A stretch of DNA of 64,000 nt, taken from a virus (lineage: Duplodnaviria; Caudoviricetes). The stretch is from the IMG/VR virus record IMGVR_UViG_3300032319_000568, positions 1-64,000 of that record; one strand, written 5' to 3'. Of this stretch, positions 36,317 through 46,021 are shown piece by piece. The stretch's first letter is position 1. Each line of letters opens with the position of its first letter. The notes below the pieces were generated by a model. That model was not told the origin of the DNA. It saw only the letters and a list, made by a program, of their open reading frames with translations, and made no database searches. The position numbers and the translations under genes were made by a program.

Positions 36317-38939
36317 AATTCATATCTCCATCGTTAAGTAAATCTAGGTTGGCTAACTTTTGATTTACACTGTTACATACTTTTTCTTCGACTGTGCCTG
36401 ACACAAACACAATCTTCTGTATACTTTTACTTTTTGCACTGTCACGCCATACTCTACCAGTTGCCTGTCTCATATTGACAGCTGAGTAAGACGGACTGAT
36501 CAACGCTAAACGAGGATACTTACCAGTAACATCATGTAAACTCAAACCAGCACCCCCCGCAGCGAGATTTATCAATATAACCCGTTTTTTATCTGCCTGA
36601 AAATCGTCTATGTTTTGTTGACGAGCTTTTGCATATTTTGCTTCACCGTTAACAATACATTTAGTGTTCAATCGTTGACTGAGCGCTTCTATTGTCTCAG
36701 TGAAATTACAGAACACAACAACGCTCATATTATTTTCTAGAGCTTCTTCTACCATTTCAACAAACAATGGTACCTTAATCATTTCTACAGACTGACGCAT
36801 TCTTAATATCGTTGTTAGTTCTGTTGACTTTTTATCTTTCTTGAGTAGTTTTTCAATCTTCAATAACTCAAGTTGCATTTCTTCATAAGCTGAATTAATT
36901 TTGTCTTGGTCTTCTTTGTCCATTTCATAACATTCAGCGATAATTTGACTTTCTGGGAAGTTGGGAATGGAATCACGATTAAGACGAACTCCTCTGTTAA
37001 CAAATATGTCATGGCTTAGTTTTTTTAAAGCATCTACATTACCACGAAACTCCATTCCAAATCTACCTTTTACAACACCGTGAGCATATGCCCATTCATA
37101 ATACTGTTTATTATTCTTGAACAATTGAATACACTGTCCTACTGTACGTAGTTCAAGTGGATTAGTAGCCATAGTAGCACTACAAAACAACATTTTGTAA
37201 CCTTGTTTGAGAGCTGCCATACACATTTCACTATTCTTGGTCTTTGCATTTTTTAGTTTTTGTGCTTCATCCCAAACAATGAGTGTGTTTTTGGGTATTT
37301 TCCAAACAAATTCTTTGCGGTGGGTATCTCTACGTTTTATATATGATGCAAATATATTATCTGTTTTACCAGTGCGTAGAGCTTCATAGTTAATAACACC
37401 TACACATTTACCCCATAACTTAAAATGGTTTTTAATAACACGTTTCCAACTTTCTTTAACTGCTTTAGGACATACAATCATTATGTCCATGTTTAATTCT
37501 CTGGCTACGGCTGTAGCTGTATATGTTTTACCTGTATTATGAGTAACTGTAAAATCACCAAGAAGAAATCTACCATCGCCATCAAGTGAAAATCCATAAA
37601 AATCATCATTTGACATAGATTCAACCGTAAATCCGTCAACCAACACATCTTTCTTTTGATTTCTTATATTTGCCTTTTTTCTTTGGATGCGGGTTGGAAT
37701 TGTTTCACAATTTCCGCTGATTGAAACATTGTAATAATCGCCCACAACGCCATTATTTGTACATTTCTTTTTGACTGATTTAATATATGCTGCAAAACCT
37801 AAAGATCGTGATATAAACTCTACGTCTTTTGCAAGTTGATATGATTTACTAGTAAAATCATAACCCCCGTTTCTATAATAACCATCAGAATCCAATAAAC
37901 CAGCAAGTATTTCTAATCTTTGATTTTTGTTGCAAATTTTATACTCCGTAGGAATAAATCTATCTTCACATTTGATTGGTAATAATCCCACATTCCGTAA
38001 ATATTTAAATAATGTAGGTGCATTTGTTATTCGTTTTGTTATTGTTTCATTGGTGTTTCCCAATAACCAATTGTTTTTGTGAGATTCATCAATAATTGAT
38101 TGCCAACAAATATCGTCTATTGATGTGAACGTAACCACAGATGGTTGTGATAAACCACCATCACCTAACAATAGACCAATGAAGTATGGAGAAAATGGAT
38201 GATTCTTGGTCGTCCAATTATCAACTCCCACACGAAATAGTTTCATGTGTTTTTTTACTGATAATGGTAATTTTAGATAATCAGACACTTTGATATCATA
38301 TATTTCATTAGGTTTATATCCACCAATTGATTTTTTAATAGAATGTAATTTGGTTATTTTTACAGTTAAAATGTGATTAATATTGACAATGAAGGAATCC
38401 CCTTTTGTAGGAACAATTTTCACCATCTGTTCATTTCCAGAACATAATGATGTCACTTTTTGAGGTCCATTCCATCCCATTATCACATCATTCACCACGA
38501 TATTTTCTACCAATTTTATGGTTCCGTCAAACATCAATATAGGTTGTCCTTTTGCATGACATCCGACATCACTACCATCAACTGCAGCACCCCATTTTTT
38601 TAGTGAAGATACTATTTTACCTACAGCATCAACTTGCCATGGACGCAATCCATCTGGAGTTTTGACTTCGTATATTGGCAAAGTTTCGTCTGCTTTTTGT
38701 TTGGGTTTTTTTGGATCTTTGAATAACGTTGGATTATCATTGATTTGTGTTAGAACCCAGTTTTGTTCTCTTTTAACGACTCCGTAACCTTTACTTTTCA
38801 ATTCCAATTTGTTTACTTTCCAATAAGCAAAAAATTGATTTAGATAAATAGGATCAATTACCCATTCACGTTGAAATGTTACATCACCGTTTTTTTCGAT
38901 TTGAACTGGATCTGACCACTTGATATCCAAGTTAATCAT
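36309..38939 (-). CDS. SF2 (SNF2-like) helicase with intein
   Basis: LRPWQ, DVG|TGKT, WDEAQ, SAT, GGAGLSL, QATGRVWR. Confidence 0.92.
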   Translation of the reverse strand: MINLDIKWSDPVQIEKNGDVTFQREWVIDPIYLNQFFAYWKVNKLELKSKGYGVVKREQNWVLTQINDNPTLFKDPKKPKQKADETLPIYEVKTPDGLRPWQVDAVGKIVSSLKKWGAAVDGSDVGCHAKGQPILMFDGTIKLVENIVVNDVIMGWNGPQKVTSLCSGNEQMVKIVPTKGDSFIVNINHILTVKITKLHSIKKSIGGYKPNEIYDIKVSDYLKLPLSVKKHMKLFRVGVDNWTTKNHPFSPYFIGLLLGDGGLSQPSVVTFTSIDDICWQSIIDESHKNNWLLGNTNETITKRITNAPTLFKYLRNVGLLPIKCEDRFIPTEYKICNKNQRLEILAGLLDSDGYYRNGGYDFTSKSYQLAKDVEFISRSLGFAAYIKSVKKKCTNNGVVGDYYNVSISGNCETIPTRIQRKKANIRNQKKDVLVDGFTVESMSNDDFYGFSLDGDGRFLLGDFTVTHNTGKTYTATAVARELNMDIMIVCPKAVKESWKRVIKNHFKLWGKCVGVINYEALRTGKTDNIFASYIKRRDTHRKEFVWKIPKNTLIVWDEAQKLKNAKTKNSEMCMAALKQGYKMLFCSATMATNPLELRTVGQCIQLFKNNKQYYEWAYAHGVVKGRFGMEFRGNVDALKKLSHDIFVNRGVRLNRDSIPNFPESQIIAECYEMDKEDQDKINSAYEEMQLELLKIEKLLKKDKKSTELTTILRMRQSVEMIKVPLFVEMVEEALENNMSVVVFCNFTETIEALSQRLNTKCIVNGEAKYAKARQQNIDDFQADKKRVILINLAAGGAGLSLHDVTGKYPRLALISPSYSAVNMRQATGRVWRDSAKSKSIQKIVFVSGTVEEKVCNSVNQKLANLDLLNDGDMNYV
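37536..38561 (-). mobile_element. Intein (342 aa) with LAGLIDADG homing endonuclease in Walker A motif
   Basis: Starts CHAKG, ends THN then Thr; IGLLLGDG and LAGLLDSDG motifs. Confidence 0.95.
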
Positions 38940-38943
38940 AAAA

Positions 38944-39243
38944 TTAATCCCCCATTTCTTTACGATATTTCAAATTTCTGGCCATCTCATGTATGTTGGT
39001 ACGAACCATTCTACCGTCTTTTTTTAGAGCACCAACTTCGAAGTGTTCACTCATCATATTGGTAAAATTTACTCCTTGACGATCATCGTCGCCATGTCCG
39101 AGACATTCCATCTCAAACATTAGTTCTTTACGGGTTTTACGAAGTTTTGTTCTACATAGATTTTCTAAATAACTGACCACTTCGTTTGTGTCAGTGAATG
39201 TAACCACTTTGTCTATTGTTGTATCGTTGATATAGTAACTCAT
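38944..39243 (-). CDS. Hypothetical protein
   Basis: ORF with upstream ATATTTATA. Confidence 0.6.
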   Translation of the reverse strand: MSYYINDTTIDKVVTFTDTNEVVSYLENLCRTKLRKTRKELMFEMECLGHGDDDRQGVNFTNMMSEHFEVGALKKDGRMVRTNIHEMARNLKYRKEMGD

Positions 39244-39301
39244 ATATTTCTTATATTACTATATAAATATATAACATACAACACTATTTAATATTATAAT
39301 G

Positions 39302-39904
39302 TTAATTAGAAGATATCGGCACAGACGAGTAAATATTACGTTCCGTTTGACTGCGTATGGTTTCAAAATAACTAATCAAATGATTGATTGTATGATCAGC
39401 CATGTCTTCTAACCAATCTTCAGGTTTAAATTCGGTTGTACTTATACCGCCGTGAATAGGCTTTAAATGTCCGTCTTGAAACTCTTGTCTTAAAAAATTG
39501 ATTAAATCTTTTTTAAGTTCTTGTTTTTGATCAATTACAAATATTTCACTCAATTCTTCTTTGTAACTTACTCTTACGGGAGATTGACCTTTACTACCAC
39601 TGCCTTTTTCACCTCTACCTGCTTTATTTTGAGCAGACTTTTTTCTTTTAACCCAATTAGCAATTGCTTTTTTTCCACCTTTTGTTCTTAGTCTAGCAAC
39701 ATACTTTTTACCCAAACAAGCACTATAACTACTTCCTTGTTTAGCATCACCGCATTTACCGGCTTTTTTGCCACTACTATCATATCGATCCCAACCACCG
39801 CCAGAACTACTGCCTGCTCCACTTTTGCCAAACCACGCACGTAATCCGCCACTGTAGGCTTCCGATAAAAATTTGTCGTATTGATTCACAACAATAAATA
39901 TCAA
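39302..39904 (-). CDS. Hypothetical phage protein with Gly/Lys-rich module
   Basis: GGLRAWFGK...GGGWDRY...KCG. Confidence 0.65.
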   Translation of the reverse strand: MIFIVVNQYDKFLSEAYSGGLRAWFGKSGAGSSSGGGWDRYDSSGKKAGKCGDAKQGSSYSACLGKKYVARLRTKGGKKAIANWVKRKKSAQNKAGRGEKGSGSKGQSPVRVSYKEELSEIFVIDQKQELKKDLINFLRQEFQDGHLKPIHGGISTTEFKPEDWLEDMADHTINHLISYFETIRSQTERNIYSSVPISSN

Positions 39905-40077
39905 CTAGATTCGTTATTTTTATTAAAAATGTATCCTAGGTTTGTAAAAAACTTTTCTATTTTAGCTTTGTTGACACTTTTCTTTTTGGTTTCAGATAGA
40001 TAAAATTTGATTTCGGTGTCATCCAAAACCACTTCATTTCCGTTGATATTGATGGTGATGCTTTTGATTTTTTTCAT
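39901..40077 (-). CDS. Small hypothetical protein (58 aa)
   Basis: Manual translation MKKIKSITININGNEVVLDDTEIKFY... Confidence 0.45.
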   Translation of the reverse strand: MKKIKSITININGNEVVLDDTEIKFYLSETKKKSVNKAKIEKFFTNLGYIFNKNNESS

Positions 40078-40148
40078 AGTGGTGCAAAAAAAATATATAA
40101 TCCGTTAAGATTATATATTTATGAATTTTAAAATTGTGTGATATTTGT

Positions 40149-40814
40149 TTAAACCCCCATCAAAAAGTGTTCCCAATCTTTGTGTTTTGCTTCTTTAATC
40201 AGAGCTGATACTGGAATTGGTTGTGGAATATTTGGTTGTTTGATCAACTTCAAACCAACTTCTGTATTCAGTCTATTACCTTTCTTAGAATTAATATCCC
40301 GTGAACATAACACAAGATTTGTCCAACTATCTTCACCACCCTTACTACGAGGTAGAATATGATCGACTGTAGCTAAATTACGCTCAATCTTTTTACCGGT
40401 GTATTGACAAATGCCTTTATCACGGGTGTAGATTGCGTCTTTGCTAGGTTTTCCTCTAAATGACTTTACAGGCATTTTATTGAAATTAACAGCAATGATC
40501 ACAGTCGGCACACGTACAGACATATGAGCTGAATTGATAACTAAATCCCACGGACGAATAGGCAGTTTCAACCATTCTGTCCAACTGATAGGATTCATAT
40601 TCTTGGGAGCAGAAAGATTTGGCTCTCCATTCTCAAGCAACTCGTAATCAATATCCAACGCCAAACTAGAAGACTTACCATCGACTTCACCGCCACAAAG
40701 ATCAACAATTGCATCTTTTACGGTCTTGAAACCAATTGGTTGCCAGTTCGCATTTAGGTTTAAACAGATTAATTTATTAGCTATTGTGTTCATAACTATG
40801 CTATAACTATACAC
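40149..40814 (-). CDS. HNH endonuclease (McrA/HNH_5-like)
   Basis: RDKGICQY, TVDHILPRSKGG..W.NLV...N..KG. Confidence 0.88.
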   Translation of the reverse strand: MYSYSIVMNTIANKLICLNLNANWQPIGFKTVKDAIVDLCGGEVDGKSSSLALDIDYELLENGEPNLSAPKNMNPISWTEWLKLPIRPWDLVINSAHMSVRVPTVIIAVNFNKMPVKSFRGKPSKDAIYTRDKGICQYTGKKIERNLATVDHILPRSKGGEDSWTNLVLCSRDINSKKGNRLNTEVGLKLIKQPNIPQPIPVSALIKEAKHKDWEHFLMGV

Positions 40815-41163
40815 CCCTTTTTATAAACGTCAACACATTTTCTTCTGGTTCTAAACTTTCATCCAATCTACCCTTGACAATTTCCAGATTACACATAAAC
40901 CATTCGTTCTTGATCTCGGTAGCAAAGTATCTTAACTTTTCAGCTATTTTCTTTTCAGCGTCATAACAATCTGGATGATGAACATAATACTCAATCTTAT
41001 AGTTACGTAGTGGAGAAGATGTTTGATATGTACGTAATCGTGATTTTATATCATTAGTAACTCCTATTTTTATCCAACCTGGGAAGTTACAGTTACTAAC
41101 GATATATACGTATCCTTCTTTATCTCTAGATGATTTCATCAGCAAGTCCGTATTTAATAGCAT
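40807..41163 (-). CDS. GIY-YIG superfamily (T5orf172-like) protein
   Basis: GYVYI, IKIG.T..I..RL, EWF. Confidence 0.85.
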   Translation of the reverse strand: MLLNTDLLMKSSRDKEGYVYIVSNCNFPGWIKIGVTNDIKSRLRTYQTSSPLRNYKIEYYVHHPDCYDAEKKIAEKLRYFATEIKNEWFMCNLEIVKGRLDESLEPEENVLTFIKRGV

Positions 41164-41725
41164 CTTCCGCGTTTAGATAAAGATCACGTTTTAATAGTGT
41201 GTTTAATTCATCTTCGGTAAATTTGGTATGTTTCAAATATATGCCTTTTACAACTTTCATTATCAAATCCATATTTTGTTTTTCATCGTTAAAGTCTTCA
41301 TATGTACCTTCAAACCAACTTCTTACTTGATGAATCAATAAAATAGTATTTTTACGTATGTATCGTTTATGACAACTTACACTAATAAGTGTAGAAGCAC
41401 TTGCTACTAATCCTTCTGCATATGAATGTATAGGCACTTTGGATGCTTGTATTCTATCTACAATACTTAAAGCACCGAATACTTCTCCACCATCACTGTT
41501 TATGTGCAATTTGATATGTGGGGTTTCTTGTAGATCAAATGTAATTTTAGCTATTAGTAATTGTCTAGCTAGATCACTTAGAGTTTTGTTTATCACCAAT
41601 GCAGATTCTACATTTACATCATTATAGAAGTACAACTCGTTATTGTCGATGACAGATACGAATTTTTGTTTATCTTGTGATACATCAGATATATCATCGT
41701 GGTTGAGCATTAATTTTTTGGTCAT
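41126..41725 (-). CDS. clpP: ClpP-like protease subunit
   Basis: INSDGG, GLVASAS (Ser), LIHQ (His). Confidence 0.85.
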   Translation of the reverse strand: MTKKLMLNHDDISDVSQDKQKFVSVIDNNELYFYNDVNVESALVINKTLSDLARQLLIAKITFDLQETPHIKLHINSDGGEVFGALSIVDRIQASKVPIHSYAEGLVASASTLISVSCHKRYIRKNTILLIHQVRSWFEGTYEDFNDEKQNMDLIMKVVKGIYLKHTKFTEDELNTLLKRDLYLNAEDAIKYGLADEII

Positions 41726-42174
41726 ATATTTTTTAGTATGGTTCGTAACTCTTCGTCATCGACGAAATTAAAATCATTTTTATTTTTGGCTAAATCTTTG
41801 TGTAGTACTTCTACAGATCCATCGTGGTTATAACCAACGTCAGTAGTATTTCCAGTTTGTTCACAAATATAACCGGATATAAATGTTGTATAATCAATCA
41901 CAGATTCTGTATGTTGATTTCCCCCATCCGAATAAAACCTTAATGTGCCAAACTTTTGTTTTATTTGTCTAGCTATAACTTGTTTTACTGGTTGATAATA
42001 TTGGGGATTTGTTTTGGCCATTTCATTTTGTTGAGTAATATACATTTCTAGATATCGACTCAACCACAATAAAAGTCTAAACCAACCGTCATTACATTCG
42101 AATGAAAAGTCAGTTGGATATAATTCTGGAAACTTTTTCTTTAAATAACGTTGTAACTCAATTTTCATTGTCAA
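41722..42174 (-). CDS. Hypothetical protein
   Basis: CNDGW..L and QIKQKFGTLRFY motifs. Confidence 0.65.
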   Translation of the reverse strand: MTMKIELQRYLKKKFPELYPTDFSFECNDGWFRLLLWLSRYLEMYITQQNEMAKTNPQYYQPVKQVIARQIKQKFGTLRFYSDGGNQHTESVIDYTTFISGYICEQTGNTTDVGYNHDGSVEVLHKDLAKNKNDFNFVDDEELRTILKNI

Positions 42175-42255
42175 TATATAGTTAACAGCTGTTACATTTT
42201 GTTATTGATTTTTTTTATATTTACACATTGATTATATTGCAGTATATTTATACGT

Positions 42256-42453
42256 ATGGATCTTACTATCAAAAGAAAGGGGTTAGTGAATGGTATTAAA
42301 TTTGAAATAAAAAATATTAATACTGTTCGTATATGGAAACCCGATGAAATATCTTTTGTTGAATTTAAAGATAGATGTGATTGTATTGTTAGATATTTAA
42401 TAGACGAAGCTATATTCGATAAGAAAAACTGTAAAGTAGAAGTTGTTACTTGA
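42256..42453 (+). CDS. Hypothetical protein
   Basis: ORF with upstream ATATTTATA. Confidence 0.55.
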   Translation: MDLTIKRKGLVNGIKFEIKNINTVRIWKPDEISFVEFKDRCDCIVRYLIDEAIFDKKNCKVEVVT

Positions 42454-42476
42454 TTTGTGTTATATTTATAACATAT

Positions 42477-42836
42477 ATGATAGTCACAAATTTATTAACT
42501 TTACACAACCAGTTAAAAATCCATCATTGGCAAACTAAAAGTTATGCTGAACATCAAGCTCTCGGTGGTGTATATGATGAGTTTTCCGATTTAATAGACG
42601 AATTTATTGAAGTTTTCATGGGTAAATATGGGAGAATTGAAAGTAAAGATGGATTCAAAATCGAATTAGTTAATTACAAAGATATATCTTCAACCGATTT
42701 TGTGGATAAATATGTTGATTTTTTAGTAAATGAACTTCCAAATTCTTTGAAAAAAACCGATACAGATCTGCTTAATATACGTGACGAAATGTTGGCTCAA
42801 TTACATAAACTAAAATATCTGTTAACATTATCATAA
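42477..42836 (+). CDS. Ferritin/Dps-like four-helix protein (DUF5856-like)
   Basis: HWQTKSYAEHQALG..YD...D.FIE; ATG 42477 follows ATATTTATA. Confidence 0.7.
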   Translation: MIVTNLLTLHNQLKIHHWQTKSYAEHQALGGVYDEFSDLIDEFIEVFMGKYGRIESKDGFKIELVNYKDISSTDFVDKYVDFLVNELPNSLKKTDTDLLNIRDEMLAQLHKLKYLLTLS

Positions 42837-42919
42837 TATGCCATACGAATACCACGATGATGTAATTAATATTATTAATTGGGATATGACTGTTATTAAT
42901 AAAGAAACTGTACTCTAAT

Positions 42920-43288
42920 ATGGATAAATTAAATAAATACACAATTTTTAAATTTATTAAGTTTGTTAGTGATGAATTATCATTAAATAAACCATTCAAA
43001 GTCAAGTTGGTAAAACAACGAGATGATGATTTACGAACATATGCATATTACAATCAAACAAATGGAGATGTTAAAGTTTATTGTAAAGATAGAGGATTAG
43101 CAGATGTTTTGCGTAGTATAGCACACGAACTAATTCACCACCAACAAAATGAGACAGGTAAATTAGAAATACCAGCACAAGATGTCGGTGGTGAAATTGA
43201 AGATGAAGCAAACAGTGTTGCTGGTCAATTAGTTAAAAAGTTTGGATATGCTAATCCGAAATTAGCTATATACACAAAAACTTTATAA
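42920..43288 (+). CDS. Zincin-like metallopeptidase domain protein
   Basis: AHELIH...EDEAN. Confidence 0.65.
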   Translation: MDKLNKYTIFKFIKFVSDELSLNKPFKVKLVKQRDDDLRTYAYYNQTNGDVKVYCKDRGLADVLRSIAHELIHHQQNETGKLEIPAQDVGGEIEDEANSVAGQLVKKFGYANPKLAIYTKTL

Positions 43289-44197
43289 GTAACTTTTTAT
43301 TGTTTTTGTAAGTAATTCTTCAAACTTATATAGATTATTTTCACTCATTTCTAAACCGTCGTACTCGGTATGTCCTTTTCTGTCTTCTATATATTCAAAC
43401 CAATCGTCAACAATAATATCTCCTGTTAATTTTGTGTATATATTTTTTATTTTATGTATTAAATCATAATTACTGATACAATTTTCTCCTAATATAAGGT
43501 GTCTTGATTGATCTGTTTGGTTAAATAATATTTCGGTTATTTTATTAACGTGATCTTCTACATATAACCAATTACGAATGTTTTTACCTGTACCGTATAA
43601 TTTGATTTTATTTTTGTTTTTTAAATTACTAACACACATAGGTATAAATTTATCGGTCGGTTGTCTGGGTCCGAAATTAGTACTACAATTAGTTGTTATT
43701 ACATTTAATCCATAACAATCAGAATAATATTGGCAAAAAAATTCATTTGTCATTTTACATATCGCATACGGATTTTTCGGTTGATAATTTAATTTCGACT
43801 TCGAAACCGAGTTTCCAAATACTTCACTTGTAGATATATTTATTATTTTTTTAACATTTGAATCTTTAAAACACTCTAATAAATTCACTAAACTCGGTAT
43901 GTTTGATTTTACAAATAAATTTGGATATTTTATGGAATCGTCTATATTACTATACGAAGCAAAATGTACTATAAAATCCAGCTCAAGATTTAATAACATC
44001 TTTTTATTATCCGTGAAACTTTCTTCTGATATATCTAAGTTGTATTCTTTGTATTTTTTACTATAATGGTGTGGTAAAGGTGTTGAACTCTGTTTACGAC
44101 TTATATTGTGTATAGAAGACACATTTTTATTGTTTATATTTTTTTCAATAAAATGTGATCCTATAAAACCGTTTCCTCCTGTAACTAGTATGTTCAT
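43283..44197 (-). CDS. Divergent RmlB-like NAD-dependent epimerase/dehydratase
   Basis: GGNGFIG, YAICK; STSE in place of STDE. Confidence 0.8.
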   Translation of the reverse strand: MNILVTGGNGFIGSHFIEKNINNKNVSSIHNISRKQSSTPLPHHYSKKYKEYNLDISEESFTDNKKMLLNLELDFIVHFASYSNIDDSIKYPNLFVKSNIPSLVNLLECFKDSNVKKIINISTSEVFGNSVSKSKLNYQPKNPYAICKMTNEFFCQYYSDCYGLNVITTNCSTNFGPRQPTDKFIPMCVSNLKNKNKIKLYGTGKNIRNWLYVEDHVNKITEILFNQTDQSRHLILGENCISNYDLIHKIKNIYTKLTGDIIVDDWFEYIEDRKGHTEYDGLEMSENNLYKFEELLTKTIKSYL

Positions 44198-44240
44198 AAT
44201 ATTGGTGTCGTTGACTTAAATCTTCTTTTTATTAAAAATA

Positions 44241-45197
44241 TTATAAGTAACTTTGCACCGTATCTTTAAGTGATTGTCTGAAGTTACTTAACCTAAAGTC
44301 GGGGAATTCTTGTTTTAGATCCCAGTTATTTATAGCGTATCTGTAATCGTGTCCTTTACGATCTTCTACATGTTTGTACCATTCCCAATCAACCTTGGTT
44401 TGTGTTAGTTCTTCATATACATCTTTAATCGTCTGTATTATATCTATATTAGATATTTCATTGTCCCCCCCGATCAAATACTGTTTTCCAACTATACCAT
44501 CTTGTATAACACGTACAATTGCGTTAACGTGATCTTTAACATAGATCCAGTCACGTACATTTTCACCGGTACCATACACGGGTATAGCTTCTTTAGATTT
44601 TAACTTATTAATCGCTAATGGAATAAGTTTCTCTGGAAACTGTCTAGGACCAAAGTTGTTACTACAATTAGTAATAATCGCTGGAAATTTATATGTTTTA
44701 ACATAACTTCTCACCAGTAAATCAGCCGCGGCTTTGCTTGCCGCATATGGACTATTGGGTCTATAAGGACTATCTATATCAAACGGGTTATCTTTTATAT
44801 TCAAACTACCAAACACTTCATCTGTTGATATATGAATAAATTTTTCAATGTTGATTTGTTTAAAACTTTCTAGTAAGTTGAAAGTACCAATTATGTTTGT
44901 ATCAATAAACTTTTTTGGACCTGAAATAGAATTATCTACATGTGATTCCGCTGCAAAATGTACTACGTAATCTAGATTTAATGATTCAAAATAGTTTTTG
45001 TAACTTACAAAGTTTGCGGCCGCAATGTCCATTGTTAACTTTTGATATCGGATGTCTTTATCAAATGATAGATTCTTGTTTGCTGCATATGTATTTGAAT
45101 CAAGGTTATACAACTTATTTACATCACTTCTTTTCAGAAACTCTTCAATGAAATGACTTCCTATAAATCCACTTCCTCCTGTTACTAATATATTCAT
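44241..45197 (-). CDS. rfbB: dTDP-glucose 4,6-dehydratase
   Basis: GGSGFIG, HFAAESHVD, STDEV, YAASK, HDYRY. Confidence 0.93.
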   Translation of the reverse strand: MNILVTGGSGFIGSHFIEEFLKRSDVNKLYNLDSNTYAANKNLSFDKDIRYQKLTMDIAAANFVSYKNYFESLNLDYVVHFAAESHVDNSISGPKKFIDTNIIGTFNLLESFKQINIEKFIHISTDEVFGSLNIKDNPFDIDSPYRPNSPYAASKAAADLLVRSYVKTYKFPAIITNCSNNFGPRQFPEKLIPLAINKLKSKEAIPVYGTGENVRDWIYVKDHVNAIVRVIQDGIVGKQYLIGGDNEISNIDIIQTIKDVYEELTQTKVDWEWYKHVEDRKGHDYRYAINNWDLKQEFPDFRLSNFRQSLKDTVQSYL

Positions 45198-46021
45198 AAT
45201 AATGTTTTGATACCTTCGTAAATGTTTATTTGTTGTTTAAATCCCAAATTGTTTAGTTTACTGACATCGAGATACATGTCCTTTACTTGTACAAGTTTGT
45301 GAAACTCCACAGCATCAATAGCAGTAACTTTGCTTGATGAATTTGTTTCTTTTATAACAAAATCGATAACTTCTCTGAATTTTTGTGGAATACCACTACC
45401 AATATTAATAATCCGATTATACTCCCCCAGATTTATTACAGAATAAACTGCTTTACAAACGTCGTCAACATGCATATAATCTCTAATAAAATCTCCATCA
45501 TAATATAACTTAATTTCGTTATTAGATTTAATCTCGTTAATTAAATACTGTAAAGCATTCTTTTGTTTCGAAACTCCACTATCAGACGGACCATATACAT
45601 TACACAATCGTAAGATTCGATATTTGATCTTAAAAGTTTCACAATAACTTATAATCATATCTTCAGCACATCGTTTAGTAATACTATAAAATCCCTTCGG
45701 TTTACATAACGAATCTTCTTTCGCTGGTAATTCTACATCACCATATACAAACCAACTACTAACAAAGTTAAAAACAACGTTCTTATCTTTACAATTTTGC
45801 AATACATTTAATAATTTCGTTAGATTTGTATCTACATCTTTGTGAATATTGTCAAATACGTGATAATTATGTGTAGTACTAATCATGTACAATACATTAT
45901 CATGTATAGGAACATTGTCTTCTCTATCATGTATATGTGTATATTCATCATAAAGTTTTTTAAAGTTACTGCCAACAAATCCAGTACCACCAAATAAATC
46001 AATTTTCATATTTTTCAACAA
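45194..46021 (-). CDS. NAD-dependent epimerase/4-ketoreductase (SDR)
   Basis: GGTGFVG, SSWFVYG, YSITK. Confidence 0.85.
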   Translation of the reverse strand: MLKNMKIDLFGGTGFVGSNFKKLYDEYTHIHDREDNVPIHDNVLYMISTTHNYHVFDNIHKDVDTNLTKLLNVLQNCKDKNVVFNFVSSWFVYGDVELPAKEDSLCKPKGFYSITKRCAEDMIISYCETFKIKYRILRLCNVYGPSDSGVSKQKNALQYLINEIKSNNEIKLYYDGDFIRDYMHVDDVCKAVYSVINLGEYNRIINIGSGIPQKFREVIDFVIKETNSSSKVTAIDAVEFHKLVQVKDMYLDVSKLNNLGFKQQINIYEGIKTLL

